64,000 nucleotides of DNA from NCBI RefSeq assembly GCF_001194135.2, contig NC_068982.1:61560867-61624866 (forward strand). The letters run 5' to 3'. The first letter of the stretch is position 1. Each line of letters begins with the position of its first letter. The notes beneath the pieces were generated by a model that saw only the letters and a list, made by a program, of their open reading frames with translations, made no database searches and was not told the DNA's origin. Made by a program: the position numbers and the translations under genes. Below, one piece after another: positions 36,721 to 50,022 of this stretch. This DNA comes from Octopus bimaculoides. Its lineage: Eukaryota.

Positions 36721-37339
36721 CTCTCAGTATAAAATGTAATCTTTCAGAGCATTGTATAAGACATGTAACATCTGTTTCATTGAAACCAAGGTAATAGAGG
36801 ATTTCTAGTTATTGTAGCAATATGAGCTTGGAATTGTTCCATTGGATGTGAGGAATGGGGTGAAAAAATAACTGGATATCAAAGTTATCAATGTGTCACA
36901 GGATTAGTTGCAGAGTCCCAAACACCAACCCAATGCATAGGAATCAAACCTAAATCACTGCATTCACATTTAATAATGATAATCAGGGATGCTGTTGAAG
37001 ATTGATCAAGAAGCAACTAGCCCATTCAAGTCGGAAAAAGACATTAAAGAATTTGTCATTTATCAGTGACAAGTTGACCAGCTACACTGGCACAGATGTT
37101 TAATGAAAATAGCTGGTATATATTAAGTAGAATAATCAGAAAAATCTTTAGAGGAAAGGATTAAATAAAATCTTACAGAAATGAACATAAAAGTGGATAT
37201 TACATAGGATTAAAATGCATGGTGAAATTATGTGTAGTGCATTTATCCAATATTTGCCATACATAAGGTTCTAAAGTAACCATGACAAAAACGATGATGA
37301 TATATTTCTTATCTTTTTATCTTTCTGTTTATGTGTTAG

Positions 37340-37690
37340 TCACTAGACTATGGCCATGCTGGGCCACTACCTTGAAGGATTTTAAACAAATGATTTTAAT
37401 CAGTACTTATTCTATCACTCTCTTTTGCTGAACTGCTAAGTTAAATTGATGCAAACAAGCCAATACCAGCTGTCAAGCAGTGGTGGGGGACAAACACAAA
37501 CACACTCATATAAACAGTATGTATGTATATATGTATGAATGTATACGACAGGCCTCTTTCAATTTCTGTCCTCCAAATCCACTCACAAAACTTTGGTCAG
37601 CCCGCTATAGTAGAAAACACTTGCCCAAAGAGCCATACAGAAAGACTGAAACTGGAACCATGTGGTTGGGATGCAAGCTTCTTACACACA
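37340..37690 (-). mobile_element. Full-length CORE-like SINE
   Basis: Reverse complement of the family head, core and tail. Confidence 0.8.
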
Positions 37691-38865
37691 GCCGTACCTG
37701 CAATATATTTTCTTATAAACTATAGAGTCATTTCTCAGTAAAAAAAAAGAAGCAAACTTTGTAATTGTAACATCTTGGATTATTTAAACTGAGTCACTAC
37801 ACAATACTAGATGAGAGCATTAATTAGGTTATGTTTAAGAAACAGAGCATTTTTAAAACTGACAAGAATACAATAATGACAACATCATCAAACTAATTTC
37901 AAATAGCAAATCTTTTATATCAGTAGAGCACTTGAAACATCTCTATAACTTCAATGTTATTAAAACACAGTTCATGATACAATGAAAAAGGAATACCTAG
38001 AAGCAGAGAAAAAAACTTGAAAGAACTGTATTAAAATGACACATTATAGTCATACTTTAATACAAAACATATAAGTACAATTACTAAGTGTGGAAGAATA
38101 TATATATATAACACATTCAGAGAAAGTCAATGGAAATATTTTTGTTTTTAATTATGACTCTCAGCAAAATTAGTTATAGAGTAGAAATAGGAGAATCTCA
38201 TAAATGAGATGGTGATAGTGATGATGATGTGATTTTAATCTTAGTATAGAAAGTATTTCTCTGTGGTTCATGTCCCATTTTATTAAATATACATGCTTAT
38301 GTCTGTGTGCATAGAGTGTGTTTGCTTGCATAACATTCATATTAGTGCGTGCATGTATATAATCATAATATAAATACATACACACACACATACATGTATA
38401 TAAATTCACACACACACACATACCTTAATTAACCAAAATTCAGAGAAGTGAGAGATGAAATACTTATTCCATTTGTTGACAGCTGTTTTGTAAACTGCAT
38501 CATACAACTGTATAAAAATGCATATAGGTCCACAGTTACAGTTCTCGAAAGAACATTTCATGGACAATATCCTAATCTCACCTACAGCCTTCTGGATTGC
38601 CAGACACCCAGCAGAGAGTTACTATGAGTTCTGTTTTTTCTTTGAATCCCTATTCCTGTGCGTGTCTGTGTGTGTATATGTGCATGCATGTGTGTTTGTG
38701 TGTACCAAACTGTGCTTAAGAAGCTTTCTTTTCAACACTTGATTCTACATTAAATGCCAGTGCATGACATTTTCGGTAAGACTTCTACCATGCCATCAGG
38801 TTCACCATTATCTACTAAGTTGAAAGTGGCAACTAAACTGTATGGAGGCCAGTCATATGTGTGGT

Positions 38866-38905
<40 letters not shown>

Positions 38906-39484
38906 TCTATCTACCTTTCTGTCTGCTTGTCTATATCTATCTATCTATCTACCTGCATGTGAAAAATAATGTTCTCCAGAAAAATTTCGCAAAACGCCAG
39001 AACAGGACAAAATGAGAAATATACAGAATAAAGAATTGTCAATGGACTACTGCAGTTTCGAACATTAACGTTATACTTACGTAACAACATCCGTGTTCTC
39101 ATCAGCATAGGCATTCTAGAATCAATATAATTTGCAGAACTATACATGAATTGTCTTCATGAAACAAGACACTGCATATAGTTCTACCGATTACATTGTG
39201 GCTACTTTTCAAAATGCCTCAGCTCCGGCGCGCAAAAATTCTGGAAACAATTCAAGCAGTATAACCCCACGTTGTCCAGGTGTGACTTATTACGCCATCT
39301 ACGATAAGTCTTGCTAGGTGAAAATCAACTAAAAAAGAAAGCCTTACAATGAAAAAAACCTTATGATGTAAATATGTTCATAATTCAAAAGACGATGAAA
39401 TTAATAGGGAAAGTCTGAAGACTGTTTTGCGTAACATTATTAAGCATATGTAAATTTCATCTGTCTAATTGGCTAAACAAATGC

Positions 39485-39738
39485 TTATGCAAAATAACTT
39501 TTTGCGCAGCCCTGATTATATATAGCAGAGTAATCCCTTTTCGCAGGAGCTAGGATGGCAATTTCTGATGAAGCAATTGCTGGCGATCTGTTGCTAGACA
39601 GTTCTGCCAGAATTCTATCAGATTGGGCAGTAGATGTTGATGCACCATTTTGCATTATGTTCAAAGTAGCTTTTTGCATGATGTTATTTCTCAAGGTTAC
39701 CGTGGTCTTTTCAGTAGGCTTTTCTTTCCACGGATAAA
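39485..39738 (-). CDS. Orphan candidate terminal exon (VYPWKEKPTEK...AKSYFA*), product unknown
   Basis: ccattag|GTT acceptor, 84 open codons, S/T/A/N/Q-rich. No homology recognised, and an antisense in-phase 60-aa ORF also exists. Confidence 0.3.
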
Positions 39739-39973
39739 CCTAATGGAGTTAAACGCAGGTGTTATTCAAATTTTTATACTTCCGACATATGTTTCAAAGA
39801 AGACATTATTTATTCCTTTCAAAGAAAACATTATTTATTCCTGAGGGAAAAACAAGAAACAAAACACATCAATAAGCCATTTTAACTGAATGTGATTACC
39901 GCATATATGATGAAGCATATGTCGGAAGTATAAAGATCTGAATAGCATCTGCATTTAACGTTCTTAATTGATA

Positions 39974-40026
<53 letters not shown>

Positions 40027-40625
40027 NNNNNNNNNNNNNNNNNNNNNNNNNNNNNNNNNNNNNNNNNNNNNNNNNNNNNNNNNNNNNNNNNNNNNNNNNN
40101 NNNNNNNNNNNNNNNNNNNNNNNNNNNNNNNNNNNNNNNNNNNNNNNNNNNNNNNNNNNNNNNNNNNNNNNNNNNNNNNNNNNNNNNNNNNNNNNNNNNN
40201 NNNNNNNNNNNNNNNNNNNNNNNNNNNNNNNNNNNNNNNNNNNNNNNNNNNNNNNNNNNNNNNNNNNNNNNNNNNNNNNNNNNNNNNNNNNNNNNNNNNN
40301 NNNNNNNNNNNNNNNNNNNNNNNNNNNNNNNNNNNNNNNNNNNNNNNNNNNNNNNNNNNNNNNNNNNNNNNNNNNNNNNNNNNNNNNNNNNNNNNNNNNN
40401 NNNNNNNNNNNNNNNNNNNNNNNNNNNNNNNNNNNNNNNNNNNNNNNNNNNNNNNNNNNNNNNNNNNNNNNNNNNNNNNNNNNNNNNNNNNNNNNNNNNN
40501 NNNNNNNNNNNNNNNNNNNNNNNNNNNNNNNNNNNNNNNNNNNNNNNNNNNNNNNNNNNNNNNNNNNNNNNNNNNNNNNNNNNNNNNNNNNNNNNNNNNN
40601 NNNNNNNNNNNNNNNNNNNNNNNNN
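40027..40625. other. Assembly gap (N); other gaps at 41773..42730, 45344..45870 and 61598..61940
   Basis: N runs, mostly abutting (TA)n. Confidence 0.99.
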
Positions 40626-41039
40626 ATATATATATATATATATAGGCAAATTGAAAATTATAAATAAAAAAAGACAATAAAAGTCAAAAGGACATTCACA
40701 TGAAATGTATTAGGTTGACGCTCAGTATAAGAGAGAAAATGAGGTTTGGTGTAATGTTTTGAGCGTGACGCTTCATGTGAAAGAGCTGAGAAGGTCCAGA
40801 AAAAGAAAAAAAAAGTCAGAGAAAACATGTATGAGATTACATGGCATATACACACACATATATATGTATATGTTTATATATACATATATACATACATGTA
40901 TATATGTAACATATATTTAATACACACACACTCTCCCTTACAGGCACAGGGCATGTAAATTATACCAAAGCTTATGCAAAGAAGGACATAACTTTTTTCT
41001 TAACAGATATAGGTCGTTCAAATTGCACGTGTTGGCAGA

Positions 41040-41420
41040 GTAACTGCTGCCCTTTTTATCTCTTCTTCCTGTTCTTTTACATTGCAGGCAAGTAAGCAAC
41101 ATGCTATTGTTACAATCTTGATGAAAGAGGACCTCCCCAAAAGTCTATAAGTTGTTTACTGAGGATTGACAAGAGCAATGTGGACAGATGGATGAAAAAA
41201 TTTCAAGAAGAGGAAACCAGCACTAAAGGCAAACCATGCAGCTACAATTTCCAGTTATTGGACCAATTGATTCACATGGACAGATTGATTTGTCCATGTT
41301 AATCAGTTGTGATCACAGTACAATTGTGGTTGCTGCACAACTGTACTGTAGTCACAATTTATTACAGAAGGTAGTGGGTATCAGAAAGTGTGTGCAAAGT
41401 GGTTACCTCAGTAGCTGACA
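41040..41420 (+). mobile_element. Decayed mariner transposase, 5' fragment
   Basis: Remnant GYQKVCAKWLPQ*LT corresponds to the mariner WVPxxL motif. Confidence 0.7.
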
Positions 41421-41700
41421 CTTAATTTATTTAAGCAATGCAAGCATGGGAGAATGGATGTAAAACAAATGAATGTGTATGGGTGTGTCCGCGTGTACAA
41501 ATTTGGCGATTTTCTTTCTCCGTCTTCCCTTCTTTGGACTTTTCCTGTATTTCTGACGAAGATCTCCAATCGAAACGTTAAATCCTCTTTCTTTTCTTTT
41601 CTTTCCTGAGCATCCAATAACACTGTACTTTTTCCACGTCTGCGCATTGTTTTTCACATTTTTTTTCATGTTTCTTTCTTGTTTGTTCTTGTTTAAATTG
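41421..41700 (+). mobile_element. Penelope-like element terminal repeat with a minimal hammerhead motif
   Basis: CTGACGA-a-GAT-ctcca-ATC-GAAACGTT at 41553-41579; related opposite-strand fragments at 40645-40810 and 41727-41772. Confidence 0.7.
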
Positions 41701-43069
41701 ACTATATATATATATATATATATATATGGGAGAATATACAAAAAATAACAACAGACGAGGACAGGTGGTGTANNNNNNNNNNNNNNNNNNNNNNNNNNNN
41801 NNNNNNNNNNNNNNNNNNNNNNNNNNNNNNNNNNNNNNNNNNNNNNNNNNNNNNNNNNNNNNNNNNNNNNNNNNNNNNNNNNNNNNNNNNNNNNNNNNNN
41901 NNNNNNNNNNNNNNNNNNNNNNNNNNNNNNNNNNNNNNNNNNNNNNNNNNNNNNNNNNNNNNNNNNNNNNNNNNNNNNNNNNNNNNNNNNNNNNNNNNNN
42001 NNNNNNNNNNNNNNNNNNNNNNNNNNNNNNNNNNNNNNNNNNNNNNNNNNNNNNNNNNNNNNNNNNNNNNNNNNNNNNNNNNNNNNNNNNNNNNNNNNNN
42101 NNNNNNNNNNNNNNNNNNNNNNNNNNNNNNNNNNNNNNNNNNNNNNNNNNNNNNNNNNNNNNNNNNNNNNNNNNNNNNNNNNNNNNNNNNNNNNNNNNNN
42201 NNNNNNNNNNNNNNNNNNNNNNNNNNNNNNNNNNNNNNNNNNNNNNNNNNNNNNNNNNNNNNNNNNNNNNNNNNNNNNNNNNNNNNNNNNNNNNNNNNNN
42301 NNNNNNNNNNNNNNNNNNNNNNNNNNNNNNNNNNNNNNNNNNNNNNNNNNNNNNNNNNNNNNNNNNNNNNNNNNNNNNNNNNNNNNNNNNNNNNNNNNNN
42401 NNNNNNNNNNNNNNNNNNNNNNNNNNNNNNNNNNNNNNNNNNNNNNNNNNNNNNNNNNNNNNNNNNNNNNNNNNNNNNNNNNNNNNNNNNNNNNNNNNNN
42501 NNNNNNNNNNNNNNNNNNNNNNNNNNNNNNNNNNNNNNNNNNNNNNNNNNNNNNNNNNNNNNNNNNNNNNNNNNNNNNNNNNNNNNNNNNNNNNNNNNNN
42601 NNNNNNNNNNNNNNNNNNNNNNNNNNNNNNNNNNNNNNNNNNNNNNNNNNNNNNNNNNNNNNNNNNNNNNNNNNNNNNNNNNNNNNNNNNNNNNNNNNNN
42701 NNNNNNNNNNNNNNNNNNNNNNNNNNNNNTCATTTATTTATATTTTTTTGCCACTTTCACAGACTCCCATGATTCTCTGTTGCCATCCAATTCCATTATT
42801 ATGAATTTGAATTGGGAGCTTGAGGCATAGTAATTCTTTCATTACCTGATTACACAACCATGGATGCCACTCCTACAGATTCATTGCAATAATTCCGTTG
42901 ATAGAGCCTGGTGATTCTGACTGTTGATCATCTAGGATTCCTCTGCTCTGCCTCAATGTAAGAAGCACAGTTGGCTCAGTTGAGCTCTTCCACTACCTCA
43001 TCAGAATTTGCCAGCCATGCTGCAGTCCCATGACTTCACCATATCTCTGGCAGGGTGGCTAAATGGGTG

Positions 43070-43300
43070 CTAGGTTTAGTCATGTGATGAGGAAAGAGAA
43101 CCTGAAGAATTTAGCAACGGCAAGAAAGATTGAAGGAAAAAGAAGCAGAAGAAGGATGATATGGATGTTAAGTTTGATGAACTGGCTTTAAGAAAGAGGT
43201 GTTTAACATCAGGAAGTGGAACTGTTACAGGAAACAATGAGCAGAGAAATGAGGCAGGTCATGATCACCTGTGTCCTACATTCTGGACATGGCACCTAAC
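43070..43300 (+). mobile_element. RTE LINE 3' fragment
   Basis: HVMRKENLKNLATARKIEGKRSRRR...HGT* remnant. Confidence 0.7.
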
Positions 43301-43644
43301 AAAATGTGAGTAGGGGTTTTAATTTTATATCACCAGTGGCATTTCTCTCAGACAATCTTTGGAAGCTTTAAATTGTTGATTTTTCTTCTCAAGAAATAAA
43401 AGTTCTTGCAAGCATGCACTTCTACAAAACTATAGTTTCTTCAGCTACTCAGGACAATTAGTAGAAGTCTCTGTATCACCACTGGCAACTTCAGAAGTCC
43501 TTTTTATGTTGTGCAAATTCAAGCACTTCTCAAATTATTCACACCAAACCCTTACTAGTGAGATAAGGTTTTATACTAGAAGTTTCACCTATTTTCTGAA
43601 AATTATCAAAATTTGGCTTTCTTCTTTGAATTACCATTTATAGA

Positions 43645-43700
<56 letters not shown>

Positions 43701-44654
43701 ACAGCTGTGTTGCTTCTGCCTAGTGTTTGAAGCTGGCCCTATTTTTATAGGATGTTCATGGCTGAAATTAGTATGTACTTTGAATATGATTTGATTGGTA
43801 GAAGATAGTCACATGACTGATCTAAGAACCTTTTGTAGGTTATCTGCTATGCCCGTGTGTTAGTATCAAGTGACAATATTTAGTGTCAGAATTTAAATCT
43901 GACACGTTTGACTGCATAAGTCCAAACAACCAATGCTCTGAATGTTTTCTGTCAAATGTTTATGAACTTAATCATGTGTTCATTCTCTACAAAGAGTTTT
44001 TTTATCTGTTGTCTGTCTGCTTTGTCCTAATTTTGACTTGAAATCGTCAGTTAAAGAATATCTGTATGTGACAGTTGACTTTCAAAAATGAACTTGCAGA
44101 AAAATCTGGAATGACTTTTGAATCTTGGTTAAGAATCTAGGATATGATTCACTATGTATGTATGTATGTATGTATATATATATGTATGTGTGTGTGTGTG
44201 TGTGTGTGTGCGTGCGTGCGTGCATGGAGAGAGAGAGAGAGATAAATAGATATAGATATATACATATCTCATTAATAAATACATATACAGGCATTCCTGT
44301 GATATGGCTTTTTCAAGTTATAGAATATTGTGCTTACATCAATTGTACAGTAAGACCACTAATTTCAGGATACAATCTGTAATTTCACCCTTACAGAATC
44401 TCAGATAAATTTAACAATTTAAAATCTTCACTTTCTTCTTTGCCAAAGGCTGCTTCTCAGTGTTTTAGCTAGGATCAAAGTGTAGCTAACAATTTGAAAA
44501 CCTGTAATCAAAACAGATAAATATATACACATATATATGTTTGTTTTGTTATGTTTTCTTGGATCATGTCTATCTGTCTGTCTGTCTGTCTGTCCGTCCG
44601 TCTGTCAGTCTGTCTGTCTATATACATACATACATACATATATATATATATATA

Positions 44655-44790
44655 CAGTCTACCCCGCTTATTCACAGTTTGGCGTTTGTGGAACTAATAA
44701 TTGTTCGTGGAAACCACCGCATATTCGTGGAGTCATATTATCATCCATGATTTTTTATGGCTTTTTTCCATGGCAATATGTATATTTTCA
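44655..44790 (+). mobile_element. pogo/Tigger-like MITE fragment
   Basis: TA-CAGTCTACCCCGCTTATTCAC terminus. Confidence 0.45.
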
Positions 44791-45870
44791 TGCTTTTTAA
44801 AGCTAAATTATTAATAACAATATACTGTATTAGCTGGCTTACTGGACGCCCCTTTGCAGCTGAAGGTCCCTCTGGTTAGACTAGCCATGCATCATGTCAC
44901 TTGATTGTTTTAGATACAAATACTCTGTGTCTTGTATCTCTTATTCCTGCTTTCAATCACACCTTACTAATTAGTATGGCAACATCTATCTATCTATATT
45001 TCACACTCTCTTTCTCTCAACAACAATAACCTCTCACTGTAGTGAATATATATATATACATACATACATACATACAATGTATCTTGGTCTTTAGAATATC
45101 CTTGCTTGCATGTTGGAAGCAGTGATTAAAAGGGTTGGTGTTGTGAAGAGCATCTGACTGGAATACTGGCTTGAAAAGTTACATTGAAACCCATGGCAAC
45201 ATGGAAAGGTAGATGTAAAGATGATGATGATACATATCAACATGGATGTATGGATGTACATACAGGTAAGTGGGTCCAATAACCCTTATGTAAGTATATC
45301 TTCACAGATATATATACCATATATATATATATATATATATATANNNNNNNNNNNNNNNNNNNNNNNNNNNNNNNNNNNNNNNNNNNNNNNNNNNNNNNNN
45401 NNNNNNNNNNNNNNNNNNNNNNNNNNNNNNNNNNNNNNNNNNNNNNNNNNNNNNNNNNNNNNNNNNNNNNNNNNNNNNNNNNNNNNNNNNNNNNNNNNNN
45501 NNNNNNNNNNNNNNNNNNNNNNNNNNNNNNNNNNNNNNNNNNNNNNNNNNNNNNNNNNNNNNNNNNNNNNNNNNNNNNNNNNNNNNNNNNNNNNNNNNNN
45601 NNNNNNNNNNNNNNNNNNNNNNNNNNNNNNNNNNNNNNNNNNNNNNNNNNNNNNNNNNNNNNNNNNNNNNNNNNNNNNNNNNNNNNNNNNNNNNNNNNNN
45701 NNNNNNNNNNNNNNNNNNNNNNNNNNNNNNNNNNNNNNNNNNNNNNNNNNNNNNNNNNNNNNNNNNNNNNNNNNNNNNNNNNNNNNNNNNNNNNNNNNNN
45801 NNNNNNNNNNNNNNNNNNNNNNNNNNNNNNNNNNNNNNNNNNNNNNNNNNNNNNNNNNNNNNNNNNNNNN

Positions 45871-46222
45871 GGAGCACCACCTTTATAGTCGAGCAAATCG
45901 ACCTCAGAGCTTATTCTTTGTAAGCCTAGTACTTATTCTATCGGTCTCTTTAGCCGAACCGCTAGGTTACGGGGACGTAAGCACACCAGCATCGGTTGTC
46001 AAGCAATGCTGGTGGGGACAAACAGACACACATACATATATATATATATATATACATATATGACAGGCTTTTTTCAGTTTCCATCTACCAAATCCACTCA
46101 CAAGGCTTTGGTCCGCCCGAGGCTATAGTAGAAGACACTTGCCCAAAGTGCCACGCAATGGGACTGAACCCGAGACCATGTGGTTCGTAAGCAAGCTACT
46201 TACCACACAGCCACTCCTGCGC
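45871..46222 (-). mobile_element. Young full-length CORE-like SINE
   Basis: Head aggcgcaggagtggctgtgtggtaagtagc...GGTTCAGTCCC (A/B-box-like); retains CpGs. Confidence 0.9.
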
Positions 46223-47529
46223 CTGTGTATACATGTACATACAGGCATACAAATAGGCAACCTAATATATAAACACGGGTAGATTTCTCAAACAATAGGT
46301 ATATATGGAGGGGGTGCTTGTTGGCATATATAACTATGTGCCGCAGTATCAGAACATATACACACTTCCAATGTGACTATAGCTCAGATCATGTATATGT
46401 TGGTACACACTGAAAAACAAATGCTCATTGAGAGGCTTATAAATGTGCTACTGAGAGGAAAAGTAGGTGTTGTTATATGGGGGAAGATGCAGTGGTTCAT
46501 ATAATCTCATAGTTGGAGTTATGGGGGATACATAGTTATGGACAAGCAAAAATGGATGTTTGCAGATGTAAAGAATGGAAGTATTGGAAATGTAAAGAAC
46601 CAGATTTCATTCGATGCATATAATGAAAAGGTGGTTTGTATTTCATGAGTATATGGAATGACACAAATATATGCATATGGGTTAATGTCAAGGTTGACGT
46701 TTAATGAGGTTAATATTAAGGGTCATGTAATTAGCTAAATGTTGTTATGTAATGAATGATGTTATATTATTGTAGTTTGGACTGCAGAGATGTTATTACT
46801 TTTCTGATTTTTTTTCCGTGTTAAATTTTTTCTATTTATAACAATAAGTTATGATTTGAGGGAAATTTGAGTGCTAGTTTTAACAATGAGTGAATACAGA
46901 CTGTCTTGCTGGGCACACCCATTACTGTGGTTTAAACCAGGACAGTGATGATCAAGCAGACAAATGAATAGATACATTTCATATATGACCAATCCAACTT
47001 TTCTCAGGCCATCATTATTAAATGTTTTTGTTCTTTTAAAAAGTAATGTAGTGTAATTTGAGGAAGACTTAGCTGTTATTCCAAGCACATCAAATGACCA
47101 CATGAAGATGTTACTATTGTTGTTGTTAGTTGTAGTGCAGAATTGTTTTCTAGTACTTTTAAAGCATACAAATCAGAAAATGAAATTAGCAATTAGGTAT
47201 TGAATGACACTTGCTTTATTGTAGTACATTGCTTGCAAATGGACACACAAAGTGTTTGCTGTAAACCATATATCAAAATGTATACAAAATTTATGGGGTC
47301 CATATTTAGTAAGGAGTGAAAGAGAGAGAATGCTAAAGACAGAGTGAGTTTCCTTAAGACAGTGTGTTTTGGAGTACAGAATCTAATGTATCAATATTGT
47401 AACTGCATTATTTACTGTAATATGGCAGGGTTTGGAAAGTAAAATAGAGCAGACAGATAATGAAGGTAATAAAAATCTTTTTTTTTTTTATTTACTAGAC
47501 CATGACACTTTATGAATATATTACAACTG

Positions 47530-47760
47530 GAATAAGGCAACGACCTAGCAGAATCATTAGCATGCCAGGCAGAATGCTTAGCAGCATTTTATTTGTCTTT
47601 ACATTTGGAGTTCAAATTCAGTTGAGGTCAACATTTCTCTTCATCCTTTCCAGAGTCAATAAATAAGTACCAGTTTGACACTGGGGTCAATGTAATCAAC
47701 TTATCCTCTCCCCAAAATTGCTGGCTTTGTGCCAAAATTTGAAACTAACATATTACAAAT
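47530..47760 (+). mobile_element. Second tRNA-derived SINE family; also at 50254-50420, 56370-56500 and 8270-8400 (-)
   Basis: ggcagaatcattagc...gagttcaaattc...ctttcatcctttcc..gtcaataaataagtaccag. Confidence 0.85.
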
Positions 47761-48904
47761 GGAAAAAAGAAGAAAGAAAAGAAACAGTTGGATTTTTTTC
47801 CTTTTTTCACATTGTGAATTGCTCATGTTGAAAACATGTAAATATGAAGTCAGTATTAAAGAGAAAATGCTTAAAGAAAAATTCCGAGGGTGGTTGGAAT
47901 AAGAAAGTGAATTTGTGAAGAAATTGTATTTTTGCTGAATCAAATAGCCTTATGTTTGAAGCAGGTATAAATCAGAAAATGAAATTCATGAGCAAATATT
48001 GGCAGTATATTTCTGCATGGTGGTTTATGATAGAAAGAGAGGGAAAGATCATGCTGACCTAAGAATATAAGGAAGTGTTTTTTAAATATGCATTTTTTTT
48101 TTGTGATATGCTATATTTATGCATACATAGAGGAAAGCTACAAATTACTTGGGATAAAACCACAAATTAAAAAAAAAATGCAAATTAGAAAATGATATCA
48201 GACAGTGAATTTTGTGGTATATTTACCTAGTGGAGTTTATTGTCAATGAACACACTATTTGGCATATATATATAATGTCAATATGCAAAGAAACATATGT
48301 GCAAAAGAATAAATTTTAAGGAACTTTGTTGACAAATGATAACAGAAATGAAATAGCAAATATAATAATCAATGATGAGCCTAACTGAAAAAGAATGCTG
48401 CATGTTAGCCTTGGTTTCCACAAATGTATTCTATAAATGGTAAATTGAGTTTGTAAAACAAGTGGATAAATAAATGAGCAGAAATTATGGTTGACTTCTG
48501 CACATGCAAAGCACAATTGAACAAAAGACATTGGAGAATTGTATTTCTCATGTATAAACACACACACACACACTTATAATGAAACAAAACGGATGAGGAC
48601 ATTTGGTGGGTGCATTAGCAATCATGTATGCAAGGAATGTGCACGAGTTAGGAAAACATAAAAAACAGAACTAATAAAATTTATCTCTTCAGCTATCTCA
48701 CTAAGTGTACTCAAGGCATTGGAACCGCATACCTTTAGTGTAATGGCTTATGATGGTATGATATTCCTTTATTCTGTCTTTATATTTTTTACCATTTGTA
48801 CACATTCCTCACACACACACATATGTACAAAGATATAACTTACCAATCTAATTGTCTATATGTATATATGTGCATGTATATGTATTTGTCTAACTACATT
48901 ATAT

Positions 48905-49066
48905 GTGGCTGTGTGGTAAGAAGCTTGCTTACCAACCACATGGTTCCATGTTCAGTTCCACTGCATGTGGCACCTTGAGCAAGTGTCTTCTACTATAGCC
49001 TCGGGCCGACCAAAGCCTTGTGACTGAATTTGGTAGATGGAAGCTGAAAGAAGCCCATTGTACATG

Positions 49067-49127
<61 letters not shown>

Positions 49128-49700
49128 GTAATATAATATATGACAATTATTCGGTTGTATTTTTATTCCTTTAGTTTTTACTTCCTTCCCTTCGGTTTTT
49201 TTCCCCTTATTTAATGGCCATTCTAATAGCTCTTTTGTCTTAATAACGGTCAATTACATAGTAATTTCCCTTTGTTTAACGGTCATTTTCATAGAATATT
49301 TTGATTGCGTTGATAACTGAAGAGATGCCAGTGCAGGTTTCCACCCCAACATCTGAAACTCAGAGTTTTTTTATGGCAACTGAATAATTATCACATATTA
49401 TATTACAGATAAATTCCTCTATTTACATAATATCAAGGTCTCTTTCATTCTTTTGTTATCTTACCATTACTATGAATATATATATATAGATATTTGTAAG
49501 TGTGTCTCTGCTTGTCCCTACCACCATCACTTGACAACCGATGTTGGTGTGTTTACGCCCCCGTCACCTAGCAATTCGGTAAAAGAAACCAATAGAATAA
49601 GCACTAAGCTTACAAAGAATAAGTCTTTGGGTTGATTTGTTTGACTAAAAGGTGATGCTGCAACATGGCCACAGTTAAATGACTGAAACAAGTAAATGAG
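48905..49700 (+). mobile_element. SINE interrupted at its (TA)n by a foldback MITE (49123..49411)
   Basis: SINE head 48905-49060, tail 49490-49700; the insert has 35-bp inverted termini with 3 mismatches. Confidence 0.75.
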
Positions 49701-49711
49701 ATATATATATA

Positions 49712-49802
49712 TATAGGAAGCATTTGACAATAAATGTCACCTATAGATTTTATGGTAGGTTATACCATAAAACTTATATTTTCATTTCTTGGTGTGTGTG
49801 TG

Positions 49803-49848
<46 letters not shown>

Positions 49849-49945
49849 CACACACACACACACACCAAGAAATGAAAATATAAGTTTTATGGTATAACCT
49901 ACCATAAAATCTATAGGTGACATTTATTGTCAAATGCTTCCTATA
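49712..49945. repeat. Perfect 234-bp palindrome centred on (GT)n(TA)n(CA)n
   Basis: The ~80-bp unique arms are exact reverse complements. Confidence 0.95.
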
Positions 49946-50022
49946 CCTTGTCAAAACTGATTTTCTCACAATGCACCAATATCACCAATGTCTCTACATT
50001 CAAGTTAGTAACTGATCTGATT

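Noticed and set aside
39882-46063. Long ORFs made of X
   Set aside because: Artefacts of N gaps and (TA)n.
46849-47103. DHHCPGLN, resembling a DHHC palmitoyltransferase motif
   Set aside because: Lacks the upstream CxxC cluster and the WxxNCVG continuation, and has no exon boundaries.
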